Of a DNA stretch of 64,000 nucleotides, positions 50,601 to 62,750 are shown one piece after another. This DNA comes from Sphyrna mokarran. Taxonomy: Eukaryota. A program made the position numbers and the translations under genes. The stretch lies in assembly GCA_024679065.1 (NCBI GenBank), contig JAGIQG010000007.1, positions 65,224,001 through 65,288,000 on the forward strand, in the 5' to 3' direction. The notes under the pieces were generated by a model. That model was not told the origin of the DNA. It made no database searches and worked only from the letters and a program-made list of their open reading frames with translations. Positions within the stretch are counted from its first letter, which is position 1. Every line of letters starts with the position of its first letter.

Positions 50601-51879
50601 TTGACTTCCAGCACAATTACGTGCCCCCAACTACTGAGGCCATCGTACGATTACTTTGCTTAAATTGAAAATGAAATTTACAAAGAGGAGCTGATCTTAT
50701 GAGCAAGTGCTTTTTTTTTGCAGGAAAGCTTTCCTACCTAGTGCATATATCAAGAGGTTGCAGATGCATTGTCCACAATTTTCCTTCCATTAATTTTAAT
50801 AATTGGAAAACTGTCAAGAGTGCAATTATATACATTTGACTGCAAGGATTTCTTCATAAGGGAAATACTCATTAATTATTTTTCTAAACTCTAAGAAGGT
50901 TTTGAGTAGCTATTCTTTCCAGACTTACCATCCCATCAACTTAATAGAATTATGAGCTGTCCAGTTGTGTCCAAATCCCCAGATGCCATAGTCTGAGTGT
51001 ATACATTGTGCTGGAATCTCAAAATGCATCAATACTTAGCTCTCAGTGCAAAATCTTGAAGCCCAGTCTTTTCCAGACTGTAAGAATAATCATGCAGTGG
51101 CTTTTCCAAGTTATTTTAAAACAAGCTGGAACGTAAACCTTCGAACATATTTGAGGTGAGCTTTGACAGAAAACTATTTTTCAGAAATCTCCTTTTTACT
51201 TCAGGGAGTCTTACTGTTACAGAGAGACTGAAAGAGAGAAAAAAGAGCCTGTGATTTTTTTTTACGCTGAGGATTCAAAATTAGCCATTGTTCATGTAAA
51301 TATTTATTTATCCAGATACAATAAAATAAGAACTTATTATTTATTTTTCCAAAGGTTTCAAGACAAGATGTGGCATGAATCTTAGAATATTTCTAAGCAA
51401 AGATTTGACAGGAAAACTGGCATGGAAACTGGAATGTGCTGCCGCAGAAAGGTAAGTATAAACACTTTTATTAATGTAAATGTTGAGCAGAAGTGATCAT
51501 TCTGGCTTCAGATTAAAACTACATGCCAGCCACTGCCGTGTACCCCTCCTCCCCTACCTAGCAACTCACTATGTTTCCCATGCTGGCATCAAATATAGCC
51601 TCTTCGGGGTAAGTGCGCTGCCTCTGTGACATAATTATTACCCCCAGCAAGTTGCTCAAGTTCTGAAAGTACAAGAGGATTAAATCCACATGGTCACCTT
51701 GTACCTCAATTCTGACATGACAAACGTTGCAGTTACTCATTCAGGCTCTATATTCTGCAGCAGCTTAGACTTCCTGGAGAGTTGCTGGAGTATGTCAAGC
51801 AATATCATCTCAAAACAGCAAAGGTATTATTAAAGGCGAGAATAAACTTGCAAGCTTGAAATTCCTTGTAAGTGATATA

Positions 51880-52970
51880 TTTCAATCCAAAACCAGGGTC
51901 CTTAATGTAAACAAAGGAAACCACAAAGGTACAGGGGCCAAGTTGACTGTGATAGATTGGAGAACTACATTAAAATGTATGACAGTAGACAGGCAATGGC
52001 TAGCATTTACAGATTATCTGGCTCCACAAAACTCAATGGCCATTTGTGCTGCTTGCTGGCTATGCTGTCAGGGAGCCCACTGGCCAACGGCAACCCACCT
52101 CCACTGCCAGAAGACCCACCATGGGGATGGAGGAGGGGTTGTCAATGTTTGCAATGAAATTAAATTCCTTTAAGATATAAAAAAAATCCAGTAGTAAAAG
52201 TGATCCAGCCATGACAAACAACAGAACTTAAGGATTCTATCAGGTAAAAGAAAAGGCTTATAAAGTTGCCAAAAAGATGGATTCTCCTAAGGATGGGAGA
52301 ATCTTATTATTCAACAAAATGGAATAAAGAAATTGATAAAGGAAGAGAAAATAAAACTTGAAATTAAACTAGTGAGAAACATAAGGATTGTAAAACCTCC
52401 TATAAGTATGTAAAAAGCAAAAGGTTAATACATTCAAATGTGAAAGCACTATGGATGGAGAATGAAGAATTTATAACTGGTGATAAGGAAATGGCAGGGA
52501 AACTAAACAAGTACTTTAGGCAGGATTTTCCAGTCCTTTCTCCTGGCAGGATTTTCCAGTCCTTCCCCCTCCCACTAAAGGTGACGCTTGCAGCAGGTTC
52601 CGAGTGGCGGGATGGGTGAGCCAAACAAAATGTCATGAACACCACTGGGACCAGAAGATCCTGTCGGCAGCTAATGATGGGTCATCTCCACTGCTGGAAA
52701 AGCAGTTGCAAGAAGATTAGAGAAAATTGCCCCTAGCGATCAGCTTCATAGATGAAGATACAAATAAACCTTCCTGAAATAGCAAGAAACTAAAGGTCCA
52801 GTGAGATTGAGGATTTGAAAGAAATTTGTATTAGCAAAAAAGTAAGGCTGGAGAAATTAATGAGACTGAAAGTCAATAAGTTCCCTGGACTTGATGATCC
52901 ATACTCCAAAGTGTTGAAAGAGGCGCCTGTAGCGAAAGTGGATGCATTGATGGTCATCTTTCAAAATTCT
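51880..52970 (+). mobile_element. CR1 ORF2 (tether to early RT) with MITE inserts
   Basis: TRVLNVNKGN...VIDWRTTLKCMTVDRQWLAF, and later EMAGKLNKYF, K.PGLD...KVLKE and IFQNS motifs. Confidence 0.8.
52519..52733. mobile_element. 215-bp MITE with TA flanks and a repeated left terminus
   Basis: ta|ggcaggattttcc...gagaaaattgcccc|ta. The 20-mer ggcaggattttccagtcctt occurs at 52519-52538 and 52545-52564. Confidence 0.8.
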
Positions 52971-53570
52971 TGGACATGATTCTCCCAGCTTACTCCACTG
53001 CTCTAGCAGCACAGTGGGCCAGGAGACATCAGCAGAGGCTGTATAGAAAGCCTCTGTCTGTCAATGGCTGCTGAATTTCCGGTATCGTCAACTCCTTGCC
53101 AGAAATCGGCATGGAGCTGAATAAATTATTGAAATTGCAATTTCCATCTCGTTAGTGGGCCTGAGTCTGAAGTCTTCCCAAGGGGCAAAGTGGCATTGTC
53201 CAGCAGCCACTTTGGCACAGCCCACTGGGCATTGGTAGTGCCAAGGGGGTGAGGCCAGAGGGAGCAGGGTCCCTTAGCGGGGAGATTGGTGAGGGTGGGG
53301 AGTGGGGTCCCACTGCCACTCCGCACTTTAGATCAACAACAGAGGGAGGGAGAGCAGTGATCAGAGGGCTGGCCTTTGGAGTGCAGTCGACCTGCTGGAG
53401 AGGGGTCAGGCCTTGGTGAGGGGGAGGGGTGATGGAGATTGGGGTAGTGGGGAGGGGGGAAATCAGGAGATTGGGAGACTGGGGTGGGGGGGATGGTAGA
53501 GATTGTGGTGGACTGGAAAGATTGGGGCTGGCCTGGAGATGTCTGGGAGGCTACCGATTGGGTGGTGAGA
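52971..53570. mobile_element. G-rich non-autonomous DNA element related to 26077-27000
   Basis: Begins tggacatgattctccc; shares gggtcccactgccactc with the 26-kb copy. Confidence 0.55.
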
Positions 53571-53579
53571 TTGTTTGGA

Positions 53580-54035
53580 CATTAGATTGAAAAGCAATGT
53601 TTCTATGTTTTTCTCTGTTTGGTATTGTAAATTCTGCTGGCCAAGTGGAAGCAAGTATTCTTGCCTTCCTGGAGTGAAAATTGGGCTGTTGATTGTTTGC
53701 AAGCTGGTAACTAAAGTCTCTTGCTCTCTCCTTGGTGTTTTGGAAAGCTGTTCTGGCTTCATGCTTGTTTGTGTGTACATCAAGAGAACTGCAACATATA
53801 ACCAAAGGACTAAATCCATCACGTGGGCATTCATATATTCTGTGCTAAGTCTGTGGCAAGGATTTTGTTCATGGAAATTATTTGGTTAGAATAGTATTTA
53901 GCTGTTAATGTTTATACAATATCATGGTTTTTTTTCTCTGTCTTGTTTGTTTTGGTTAACATTATTACTAACTTTATTCCTAAATAAACTTTGCTTGTTA
54001 AAAGCTCCCTATTGTGTTATTTGAATCATACCTGC
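53580..54035 (+). mobile_element. LTR-like fragment
   Basis: aataaactttgcttgttaaaagctccct...gaatcatacctg resembles the polyA-signal region of 57785-58437. Confidence 0.4.
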
Positions 54036-55733
54036 AGGGGGTAGTGGCGGGGCAAAAATGAGGCTGTATGAATGTTCTTGATAGTCCCAGATGGTTTGTT
54101 TTGCTTTCAAACCGAAACTACTTTGAAAACTTACTCCCTCAGAGTCACAGTGCTCTGTCATGATAGTGTGTAGTCGTGAGGATCCTGCTCAATTTCATGG
54201 CAGAACCTTGAGAGATGGGTAGGATAAGTGGAAGTGCAAATGTGATGTGTATCAGTCATCCCTGAGGCATTAATTAACCTTAGTCAAGAAGGATATTGTG
54301 AGCAGCTGATAGTGCCAAGATGCTGTCATCTCCATGGCTGTGTTTGTGAAGCTTTTCAAGTCTTCACTTTGTACATTGTGCTCATTACAATGTGAATGGG
54401 TAGCAACTATTTTTTCTCTCTGGAAAGTCCATGATGGGCCATTCTTTCTAGCATCAGGCAACCAGTTGGGCAACTTTTACTGCTGATGCTCACTTATTGA
54501 TGATTGCCCTGAGCAACTGCAACACTTGCATCCACTTCCTGCCCCATGCCAAGAACACTTCATCACCCTCTTAAACCCAACCCACTCACATAATCCACGC
54601 TGGACCCACCTTCACAATTGCACACATTCAGGGTTCTATGGACCACCCCAATCTATCCCATCTCTGCCACTACTCAGGGTGAAAGTTCAGCTATTTGGGG
54701 AAGTTTCTCCTGAGTTGGGTTTGAGAAATCAGGAAATCAATTTTGTGCACAAGACCTGGGAGCAAACAGTTAGGCCAGAGTTGATGGCCTGGATTGATAG
54801 TCAGTTTAGACAACAAATTCTCTGACCTCGCTGCAGCAGGAGTGTGATATGAACAGCTGGTAAGATTCCACTCAAAATGTTTGGGTTACTTATAATATTT
54901 TTCCCATCATGCAAATGGCTGTCACTGTACCAAAGTCCACAATCCTAAAAATAAAAATAGTTGAATTATATAACAAGCCTCCTAACATTTGGAAATATTA
55001 AAAATAGATGAGTTCATAAGCGTACAATTTGATACCCAAAGCATCAGCCCGTATTTTTTTCTTGCCCAATGCAAATGGGTACATTATATATTTCCAGAAT
55101 GGTCTATTTTTACTTGAAATTTTAAGAATTTATTGTCTCTTTTTCTTTTGATTCCGTAATGAGTATTTGGCTTATTTTTGGCAAATATGGCCAATGCAAA
55201 AGAAGAAGTATAAATTAATGACAGAATAGAATGCAATAGCTACCCAACTATTATTCTGAAAACTTTCTTTACTTGTTTCTTCCAGTGCTAAATATTTTAA
55301 GAGAATAAAAAAAGACGAGACAGAAACCTGAAGGCCAGGTTTCACAGTACAAAAAACTAGCAAGGCTGAGGTGGGAAAGGAAAAATATAATGCTTGGCAT
55401 CTTCTCACTGCATTGGAGAGTGGTGGAAAGAGGCCCCCAGGGCAGTAACCACCACCTAGAGGAGCAAATTAATCCAATTCCATCCAGTTCATAGCGCTCC
55501 ACATACCTGGGAGTAGAAAGGTAGTGAACCATTCAGTCGCTCAGAGCAGGCCTCTGTGGAGATGCAAAGGAGAGTGAAAAAACAAATAGTATCATCACAG
55601 GAAAACCATAGGTTCACTGATTTGTGAGAAACTGCTGTTCGGGATTGTCTTTAAATTTATGTAAATTGGAAGAGTGCCTTATTTTCGAAGAAGTAATTAT
55701 ATTTGGATTTAGATGAGAAACACCAAGAATAAA

Positions 55734-55930
55734 ATGTGCGGGTTAGATTAATTGGACACGCTAAATTGTCCCTTCATATCCTGGGATACATAGGTTAGAG
55801 GGATAAGTGGGTAAATATGTGGGGATTATGGGGATGGGGCATGAGTGGGATTGTGATAGGTGTGGACTCGATGGGCTGAATGGCCTCTTTCTGCACTATA
55901 GGGTTTCTATGATTTCTATGGTTTCTATGA
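55734..55930 (+). mobile_element. HE1-type V-SINE, 3' half
   Basis: ggttagattaattggacacgctaaattgtccc...gactcgatgggctgaatggcctc...(tttctatga)n tail. Confidence 0.85.
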
Positions 55931-55989
55931 AAGGAAGTCAGGGCCAGTATATCAAAGTTATATAAGTAATCCAAAGTAAAATAAAGCTA

Positions 55990-56995
55990 ACATAAAGCTA
56001 GGACATGACATATCAGCCCTGTAAAGTGGAATGCATGTCCTGTAATATGTGGGAAGCCATGGACATTGCCATATCATATATGACCATATGCATAGGAAGT
56101 GCTATCAATTGCAGAAACTTGAGCTCTGGATTTAGAGTGATAGCTGGAATATCTGGCACTTCCTTGAGGTTGAGTGCTACATAGATAGCACATTCAGAGG
56201 GGTGGTCACACTGTAGTTTAGGAGCCTGGAAAAACATAGATGTTTAGTTACCAGACAGTTCAAGAGAACCAGGCAGATGGTTAAGGAGTCCCTAGGGCTT
56301 CATGCATACTTAGTTTTCTGTATTGGAAGCTGAGGGTGAAGTTGCTGCTTTCTCTGTGGACTGCAGTTAGGTTTGTGGCACCATGTTTGGCTCATCTGTA
56401 TAGAAGGGCAGGAAGAAGAAAGAAAAAGTAATAGTGATCACGATAGGAGATTCATTAGTTAGGGAATAGACAGGCATTTATGGGGTTATAGGTGTGACTC
56501 CAAAATGACATGTTGTCTCTCTGGTGTCAGTGTTAAGGATATTACCAACTAGCTGCAGGGCCTTCTTCGGAAGAAGGGTGAACAGCCTGAGGCCATGTTA
56601 CCAATGACCTATTTAAGAAGAGGGAGGTGGTCCTCAAATCAGAATTTAGGGAGCTAGATAGAAAATCAGCTAGCAGGACTTTAAATGTTGGAATGTCTGG
56701 ATAACTTCCTATGCTATGTGCAAAGGAGCCCAGAATTAGTAGGATAGGGAGAATCAACTTCAATGGGGCAACAGTAGAGCTGGGTTAGATTGACTAGAAC
56801 AAAACGTTGGCAGGAATTAGCTGAAAAATGGGCTACATTCAAAATAAAGAAAGGTCCATTCACAGTTGAGGTATATTCCCTCAAAGGGAAAGGTAAACAA
56901 AAGTAAACAAACCCAGAGCTCCCTGGACAAAAAGTGAGATAGAAATTAAGATAAAAGAGAAAAGGTGTACTTATGACAGATATCAGATAAATAGT
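55990..56995 (+). mobile_element. CR1 LINE ORF1 (zinc finger plus SGNH esterase remnant) and an ORF2 fragment
   Basis: VECMSCNMWE zinc-finger remnant, and IGDSLVRGIDRHLWGYRCDSKMTCCLSGVSVKDI, the GDS(L) esterase block of CR1 ORF1. Confidence 0.8.
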
Positions 56996-57784
56996 AAAAG
57001 GGTGGTAAAGAGGGGGAATTGGGCTGATTAGGCACTTAGAGGGAAGTTGCACATGCCTGGGGCATTAAGAGAATACTTGCTTCAGAGGTGAGGTTGGGTG
57101 GATTTTGTAATGGTTTACCACCATGCAAAATATTTTCTTGGTAGTCAGACAAATCAATACCAAGGCATTCATAAGGTCTGGATGGGAATGTGAAGGGCTG
57201 GAGGGACTCTTTCTGTTTCTACCTGTGAATGGCACAGCTAGAGATTAGCTTGTGTGAATTCCCTGGCCACCATACAGACTGCTATTCCCGCTCCAAGGTA
57301 ATTGTGAATTTCAAAACTTGATTACACCAAGCTGCCTGTAGTAGATCTTCTGGAGGCTGTCAAGGTGGAGAGCTGGTGATTTTTTATTTGCATCGTATGC
57401 CAGGAAGTCATGATGCTAAAGTGGTGCCACTCTTTGAAATATTGCCTCAAATCAGAATTGCCTTAGATGTGCTGTATCCATCTGCTGGATAGTACATATA
57501 AATCTGAATACACCCTTCATTTTATCCTTGGGCTATATGATATTCATGTAACTTTTATTCTATTGCTGCCAAGTATTTGATAGTCAAGGTTATAAAAACT
57601 TCAACTTTTGCTATGAAGACTTTATCTTCCTGTATTGGGTAAATGTTGGGCATCCTGGACAATGTATCAGCCACAGTCTGATATTACCTTCTACGTACTC
57701 AGTAGTAGTGTTGTATTGCATGAATCAAAGTCGGAATCACTAAATCCTAGGTAGCATCTTTGCAATATCCTTTGTGTTCAATAT

Positions 57785-58437
57785 TGTTACTAATGGTTTG
57801 TGATCACTCTTGATCTTAAACTACAGAAAGTAGGAAAATAACTCAATTTAGCAAGTAATGTGTTACTTGTCAAATTAATGCATCTTTTTTATTTAAGTTC
57901 TCCTGAGGTTTCAGTCTAGATTGAACATATCATGTGATATTAGGTTTCTAAGAGGAGCTGGGCTTGTAGCAGAAGAAAACTATTTCATTTTAAAAACAAT
58001 GTATTTGCTGTAGAGGACTGGTTAAAGATAATAGCCTACAAGCAACTCTGTCTCTTTGAGAAATCTCTCTGGAAGCTCCAAAGTTGTTAATCCAAATCAG
58101 AGCAAGTACATTTGGATTTGCTAACTATATTTTTAAAGTAAGGTTTAAATCTATATGGGAATTATTGCTTAATTGGAACTGAATAATAATAAGTTAGAAG
58201 TTGTGTTGTTTAAAGATTGTTCAACAGTTAAGAGTTAAAATGTTTCATTTTGATAGAGGTACAGTTAAACCGTGTGATGAATAAAGATTGCTTTGATAAA
58301 AGGATCCCTAATTTGTCAGTGGAATCAACCCAGAGGCGAAGAATCTTTTCCTCACATTTATGTTAAAGTACAAATATTGTTGGAGTCTAGTCTGGCTTCA
58401 TAATATATTTTGAGGTTTATGATCTGGAATCCTAACA
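57785..58437 (+). mobile_element. Solo LTR-like element
   Basis: TGTTAC...AATAAA (about 58280)...CCTAACA termini. The left boundary is uncertain and I found no TSD. Confidence 0.45.
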
Positions 58438-58604
58438 CAGTGTAGTACTGTTTGTCTCATGTTAATGACTTGTATTTGGTAAATGGGTCTTCCTTTGCCA
58501 TCACTTTGGACCCGGAAACACACTGCTCCCAGTCTTGCTACAGATGCAACAGCTGATTCAATGGTGGGAAGTTCGGGTCATAGTGCACCAGGACATCTGA
58601 AGCT

Positions 58605-59385
58605 GTTAAAGGAGAAAATACTGGAAAATCTCAGCAGGTTTCGCAGCGTCTGCAATAGGAGAAAACAGCTGACGTTTTGAGTCAAGATGATCTTTTGTTA
58701 AAGCTAAACGGCATTGAAAGTGGCAGATATTTATACTGCAGGGTGAGGGAATGAAACAAGGGAAAGACTGCTAATGGCAGTCCATAGAGAGAATAAAGGG
58801 TGTGAATGGCCAAACGGCAGAGAAGCTGAAATTGGAGGGTAAACTGTGACAGATGAAACTGTTGGAGGGGTGGATGGATGGGAGAGGGATAAAATGAAAA
58901 AAAGAGGTAACAAAGAGGGAAAAAAAGTAAGGAAAGTGGGGACAAAATAGGGAGAAAGAGTGGGACAATAAAAAAGTAAAAGGTAGAGAACAGTTAAGAA
59001 TTAAATGAAATGAAAACAAAGTGGTTAAGATGGGCCAGAGCTAACTATCTGAAGTTGTTGAATTCAATGTTGAGACCGGAAGGCTGTTAAGTGCCTAGCT
59101 GGAAGACGAGATGCTGTTCCTTCAGTTCACTGGAACATTGCAGTAAGCCAAGGACAGACAACTGGGCATAGGAGCAGGAACATGTGTTAAAATGGCAAGC
59201 AACCAGAAGATCAGGGTCCTAACTGTGCACAGACTGGAGGTGCTCAGCAACGTGATCTCCTTGTCAAGTTTGAACTTTCTGATGTAGAGAAAATCACATT
59301 GAGAGCAGTGAATGCAATAGACCAAATTGGAAAAGATACAAGTGAAATACTGCTTAACACCTGGAATGAGTGTTTTGGACCTTGG
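58605..59385 (-). mobile_element. Penelope-like element 3' part: GIY-YIG endonuclease remnant plus terminal repeat
   Basis: VKQYFTCIFSNLVYCIHCSQCDFLYI matches the Penelope FTC.S.NLVY.I.C..C..LYIG motif. The terminal repeat carries a decayed hammerhead at 58705-58667. Confidence 0.85.
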
Positions 59386-59399
59386 AGATGTTACCATCA

Positions 59400-61385
59400 T
59401 TTGGATATTTATGAATGACTGCTGATGAAAGTCCATTCAGCATCATGCCTGATACTGTTGTAATTTCTGTCTGAGGGATTCATTTATTTAAACTTAATGA
59501 GACAGGAGTTTGCCTATATGGGTTGACACAATCAGAAAACCTTTCAGTTCCATTACATTTCTACATGGCAGAAATTTCTTTATGGCCTTTATTTTCTGTA
59601 GGTCTGTAGTAATTCCAGTCACTTGTATAATGTGCCTAGGAACTTTATCGTGAGAAAACTCAAGTTTATCATTGAGCATCAAGCCAGCCTCATGAAGAAT
59701 GACCAAAACTTCCTTGCCCCAATTGTCATGTCATTCTGTTGACCTTGGATCAAGATGTCATCCATGTGGCAAATATTGCTCTCAATGCTCTTTATTATAT
59801 TGAACATTGTCGTTTGGAATTTCTTAGGAACTGATACAATGTCAAATAACAGATGATTAAAACAGTGTCCTTCAAAGGGTGCAATAAAAGTAGTTAAGAG
59901 TTTGGATTCCTGGTTTAATGGCAATTGCCAAAACTTGCTGTTGTTGTGAAGTTTGATGAAAATGGTGCTTTTTGAAAGTTTGGCCAAGTTTTCATCCACC
60001 GATGCCATTGGATGTATTTCTCCTTCAATGGTCTTGCTAAGCTGTGTTACATCAATGAAGATTAGAATGGACTCATTAAGCTTCAAGACTGGTACCACAG
60101 TATAGGATCACCACCTCCTTAGAAGTTGCCCTTCTTGATGTCAATGTCCTGAATTTCTCGAACAGAAGTTTTCTGAAGAGATTTCTCCTTTTGTTTGGTA
60201 AACAGAGATTTCCTGGAATGGCAGACTACTTTAAAATGGCCTAGCCCATGGCCTAGTTCATGGTACAGCTTGGATGGACATTCTTCCTACATATACACCT
60301 TCTTCCCACAACAGTGGAGGTATTGGAACAAAGCAGCTAGAACATTTTAGGGAATTTGCTTGGTTGCTGTAGTGCTATACTTTCAGTTTTGCAACGTACA
60401 ATTTGAACAACTTTGTCTGGCTGTTCTTTGAAAATTTCCCTCATATCTCTGACAAAAGACTTATTGTGTCTCTGCTCTTCAATCTGTCTGGGCCAAATTT
60501 CTGTATAACTATGCTCAAATGTAAATCTTGCAGAGATTATAAAAGCTCAGAGACATTCTCAAGTAAAACACCAACGCTTATTCTACCTCTGCTCTGGCCA
60601 TCCTTTAATGTTCCATAATATTTATCCAGGCTGTACAATTCATTGATGAATGAGTCAATGTTTTCACCCAATTTTTAACTGTCTCAATTGAATTTCACCC
60701 CCTCAATGACAATATTTTTACAAATGAGGAAGCACGAATCAAAAGCTACAATGACATCCTCATAGGAGGCTGTCTCTTTGTTTACCTATCTGGTTATCTT
60801 ATCATGTTGCTGAAAGTGTATAAGAAAATGTATAACTTGATCTTTGTTCTCTTCACTTGCAAGATCTAAGGCATTGCAATAATGGGTAAAATGTCTTTGC
60901 CAGTTTTTCCATTGTTCCACTTTTCTGGGACTCTCTATATTTTGAAATTATTTGAGGCTATCCTTTCCCACACTGCTCATTTTGCCAGTCACTGGCCTTA
61001 TTATTGTATCATCTCTGGTATGGTTTCTGAGTTGGCCTCCAAGTTCTTCATCCACTGTGCTGCACTGTTGCTGGTCTTCACTTGAGGAGTTTCATGCCAT
61101 TTTCTACATTTTCTTTGAGGGCGTGGTCAATACTGCCACCAATTGTTACATCTTTTATCTCAGGAATTGTTAGCTTCCTACTCAAAAAGAGATCTTGCTG
61201 GAGCCAATGGTCTTTTGTTGAATACACATTTATTTACATATTATTTATAATGGTGAAATATTACCAAAGATGCCTGGAACTAATCTTCTCTCTAAGTTGT
61301 CTCTCAGTCATCTCTACTAGTGATTGACACTACTGTGACATGGACCCTTATACACATGCTCAGGAGCTATCATTACAGTTAAACA
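59400..61385 (-). mobile_element. Gypsy/Ty3 LTR retrotransposon remnant (5' LTR, gag, RT)
   Basis: RT remnant HPMASVDENLAKLSKSTIFIKL..NSKFWQLPLNQESKLLTTFIAPF...FQTTM...HMDDILI. Gag-like GENIDSFINELYSL. Candidate LTR starting TGT at 61385. Confidence 0.85.
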
Positions 61386-61386
61386 T

Positions 61387-61845
61387 TTATTCAACAGCTG
61401 TTTTTCTGTTGTCAGCAACTTCAGCTATACACTTGGTTCCCTCATCCAAGTCATTGACATAGCCAAATATTTGAGGGCCCAGCATTGATCTGTGTGGCAC
61501 TCCACTTGTTACAGTTTGCCAACTAGACATGACCCATTTATCTTGACTCTGTATCCTCTCAGTTAGCCAGACCTCCATCTATTCTAATACGCCAACAAGC
61601 TCCAATTGTGTGCAGTAATCTGTATCGCACCTTATCAAAAGCCTTTAGGAAATCCAAATACACTACAACTACGAGTTCCCCCTCATTCAGCCTGCTTGTT
61701 AGATCCTCAAAGAACTGTCATAAATTTTCACACACAATTTTTCTTTATAAAACCATATTGACTCTGTCTGATTATATTGTGATTTTCTAAATGCCCTGCT
61801 CCTAATTCCTCAATAATAGTTTCTCGCATTTTCCCACTAACAGTG
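61387..61845 (-). mobile_element. CR1 reverse transcriptase fragment
   Basis: VYLDFLKAFDKV and WQTVTSGVPHRSMLGPQIF..VNDLDEG...VADN.K motifs. Confidence 0.85.
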
Positions 61846-62071
61846 GGAACTGGCTAACTGGCTAACTTTTCAACATTTATATTAGTTCAATGGCATGCTA
61901 GCTTCTTAAAATATTTTAAAAAATCATGGTAACAGATAAGTTGTGAAACTTCTTATTGTGCTAATGAAATTACACTGCAGGGTAATTGTACATTTCAAAA
62001 CCAATCATTTTATTTGCAGTTTGTTCAATATGATGTAAAATGTTGATATTCTTGTTTGTTGTAATGGAGAA

Positions 62072-62750
62072 CATGCCTTGGCTACATCAATGTTGGTGAA
62101 ATGGAAATGGTTGAGAACTTCAAGTTTCTAGATATTCAGATCACCAACAACCTGTCCTAGTCTCTCCCTTAACTTGCTATAGTTAAGCAAGTGCATCAGC
62201 ACTTCTACTTTCTCAGGAAGCTAAGGAAATTTGGCATGTCGGTTACAGTTCTTGCCAATTTTTACAGATGTATCATAGAAAGCATCCTGTTCAATGTATC
62301 ACAGCTTGGTAGAAGGAGCTATGGTTCTTCTCTGACCAAGGTCACATGATACTACAAAGCATTGTGAACATTGCCCAGTCCATCGTGCAAACCAGCCTTG
62401 CATTCATTGACTCCATCTACACTTTCTGCTGCCTTGGGAAAGCAGCCAGCATAATCAATAACCACACACACACATCCCGAACATATTCTCTTCTGCCATC
62501 TTCCATTGGAAAAAAATACAAAAGTTTGAGGTCACATACCAACTGACTCAAGAACAGCTTTTTTCCTACTGTCATCAGACTTTTGAATGGACTTACCATA
62601 TATTAAGCTGATCTTTCTCACACCCTAACTGTGATTGTAACACTATATTCTGCACTCTCTCCTTTCCTTCTCCCTATTTACTCTATGAATGATATGTTTT
62701 GTCTGTATAACTCACAAGAAATAATACTTTTCATTTTTCAAATCAAATCA
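62072..62750 (+). mobile_element. Rex1/Babar LINE 3' fragment
   Basis: EMVENFKFL.IQITNNLS and FLRKLRKFGM motifs; homologous to 30937-31600; ends tcaaatcaaatca. Confidence 0.9.
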
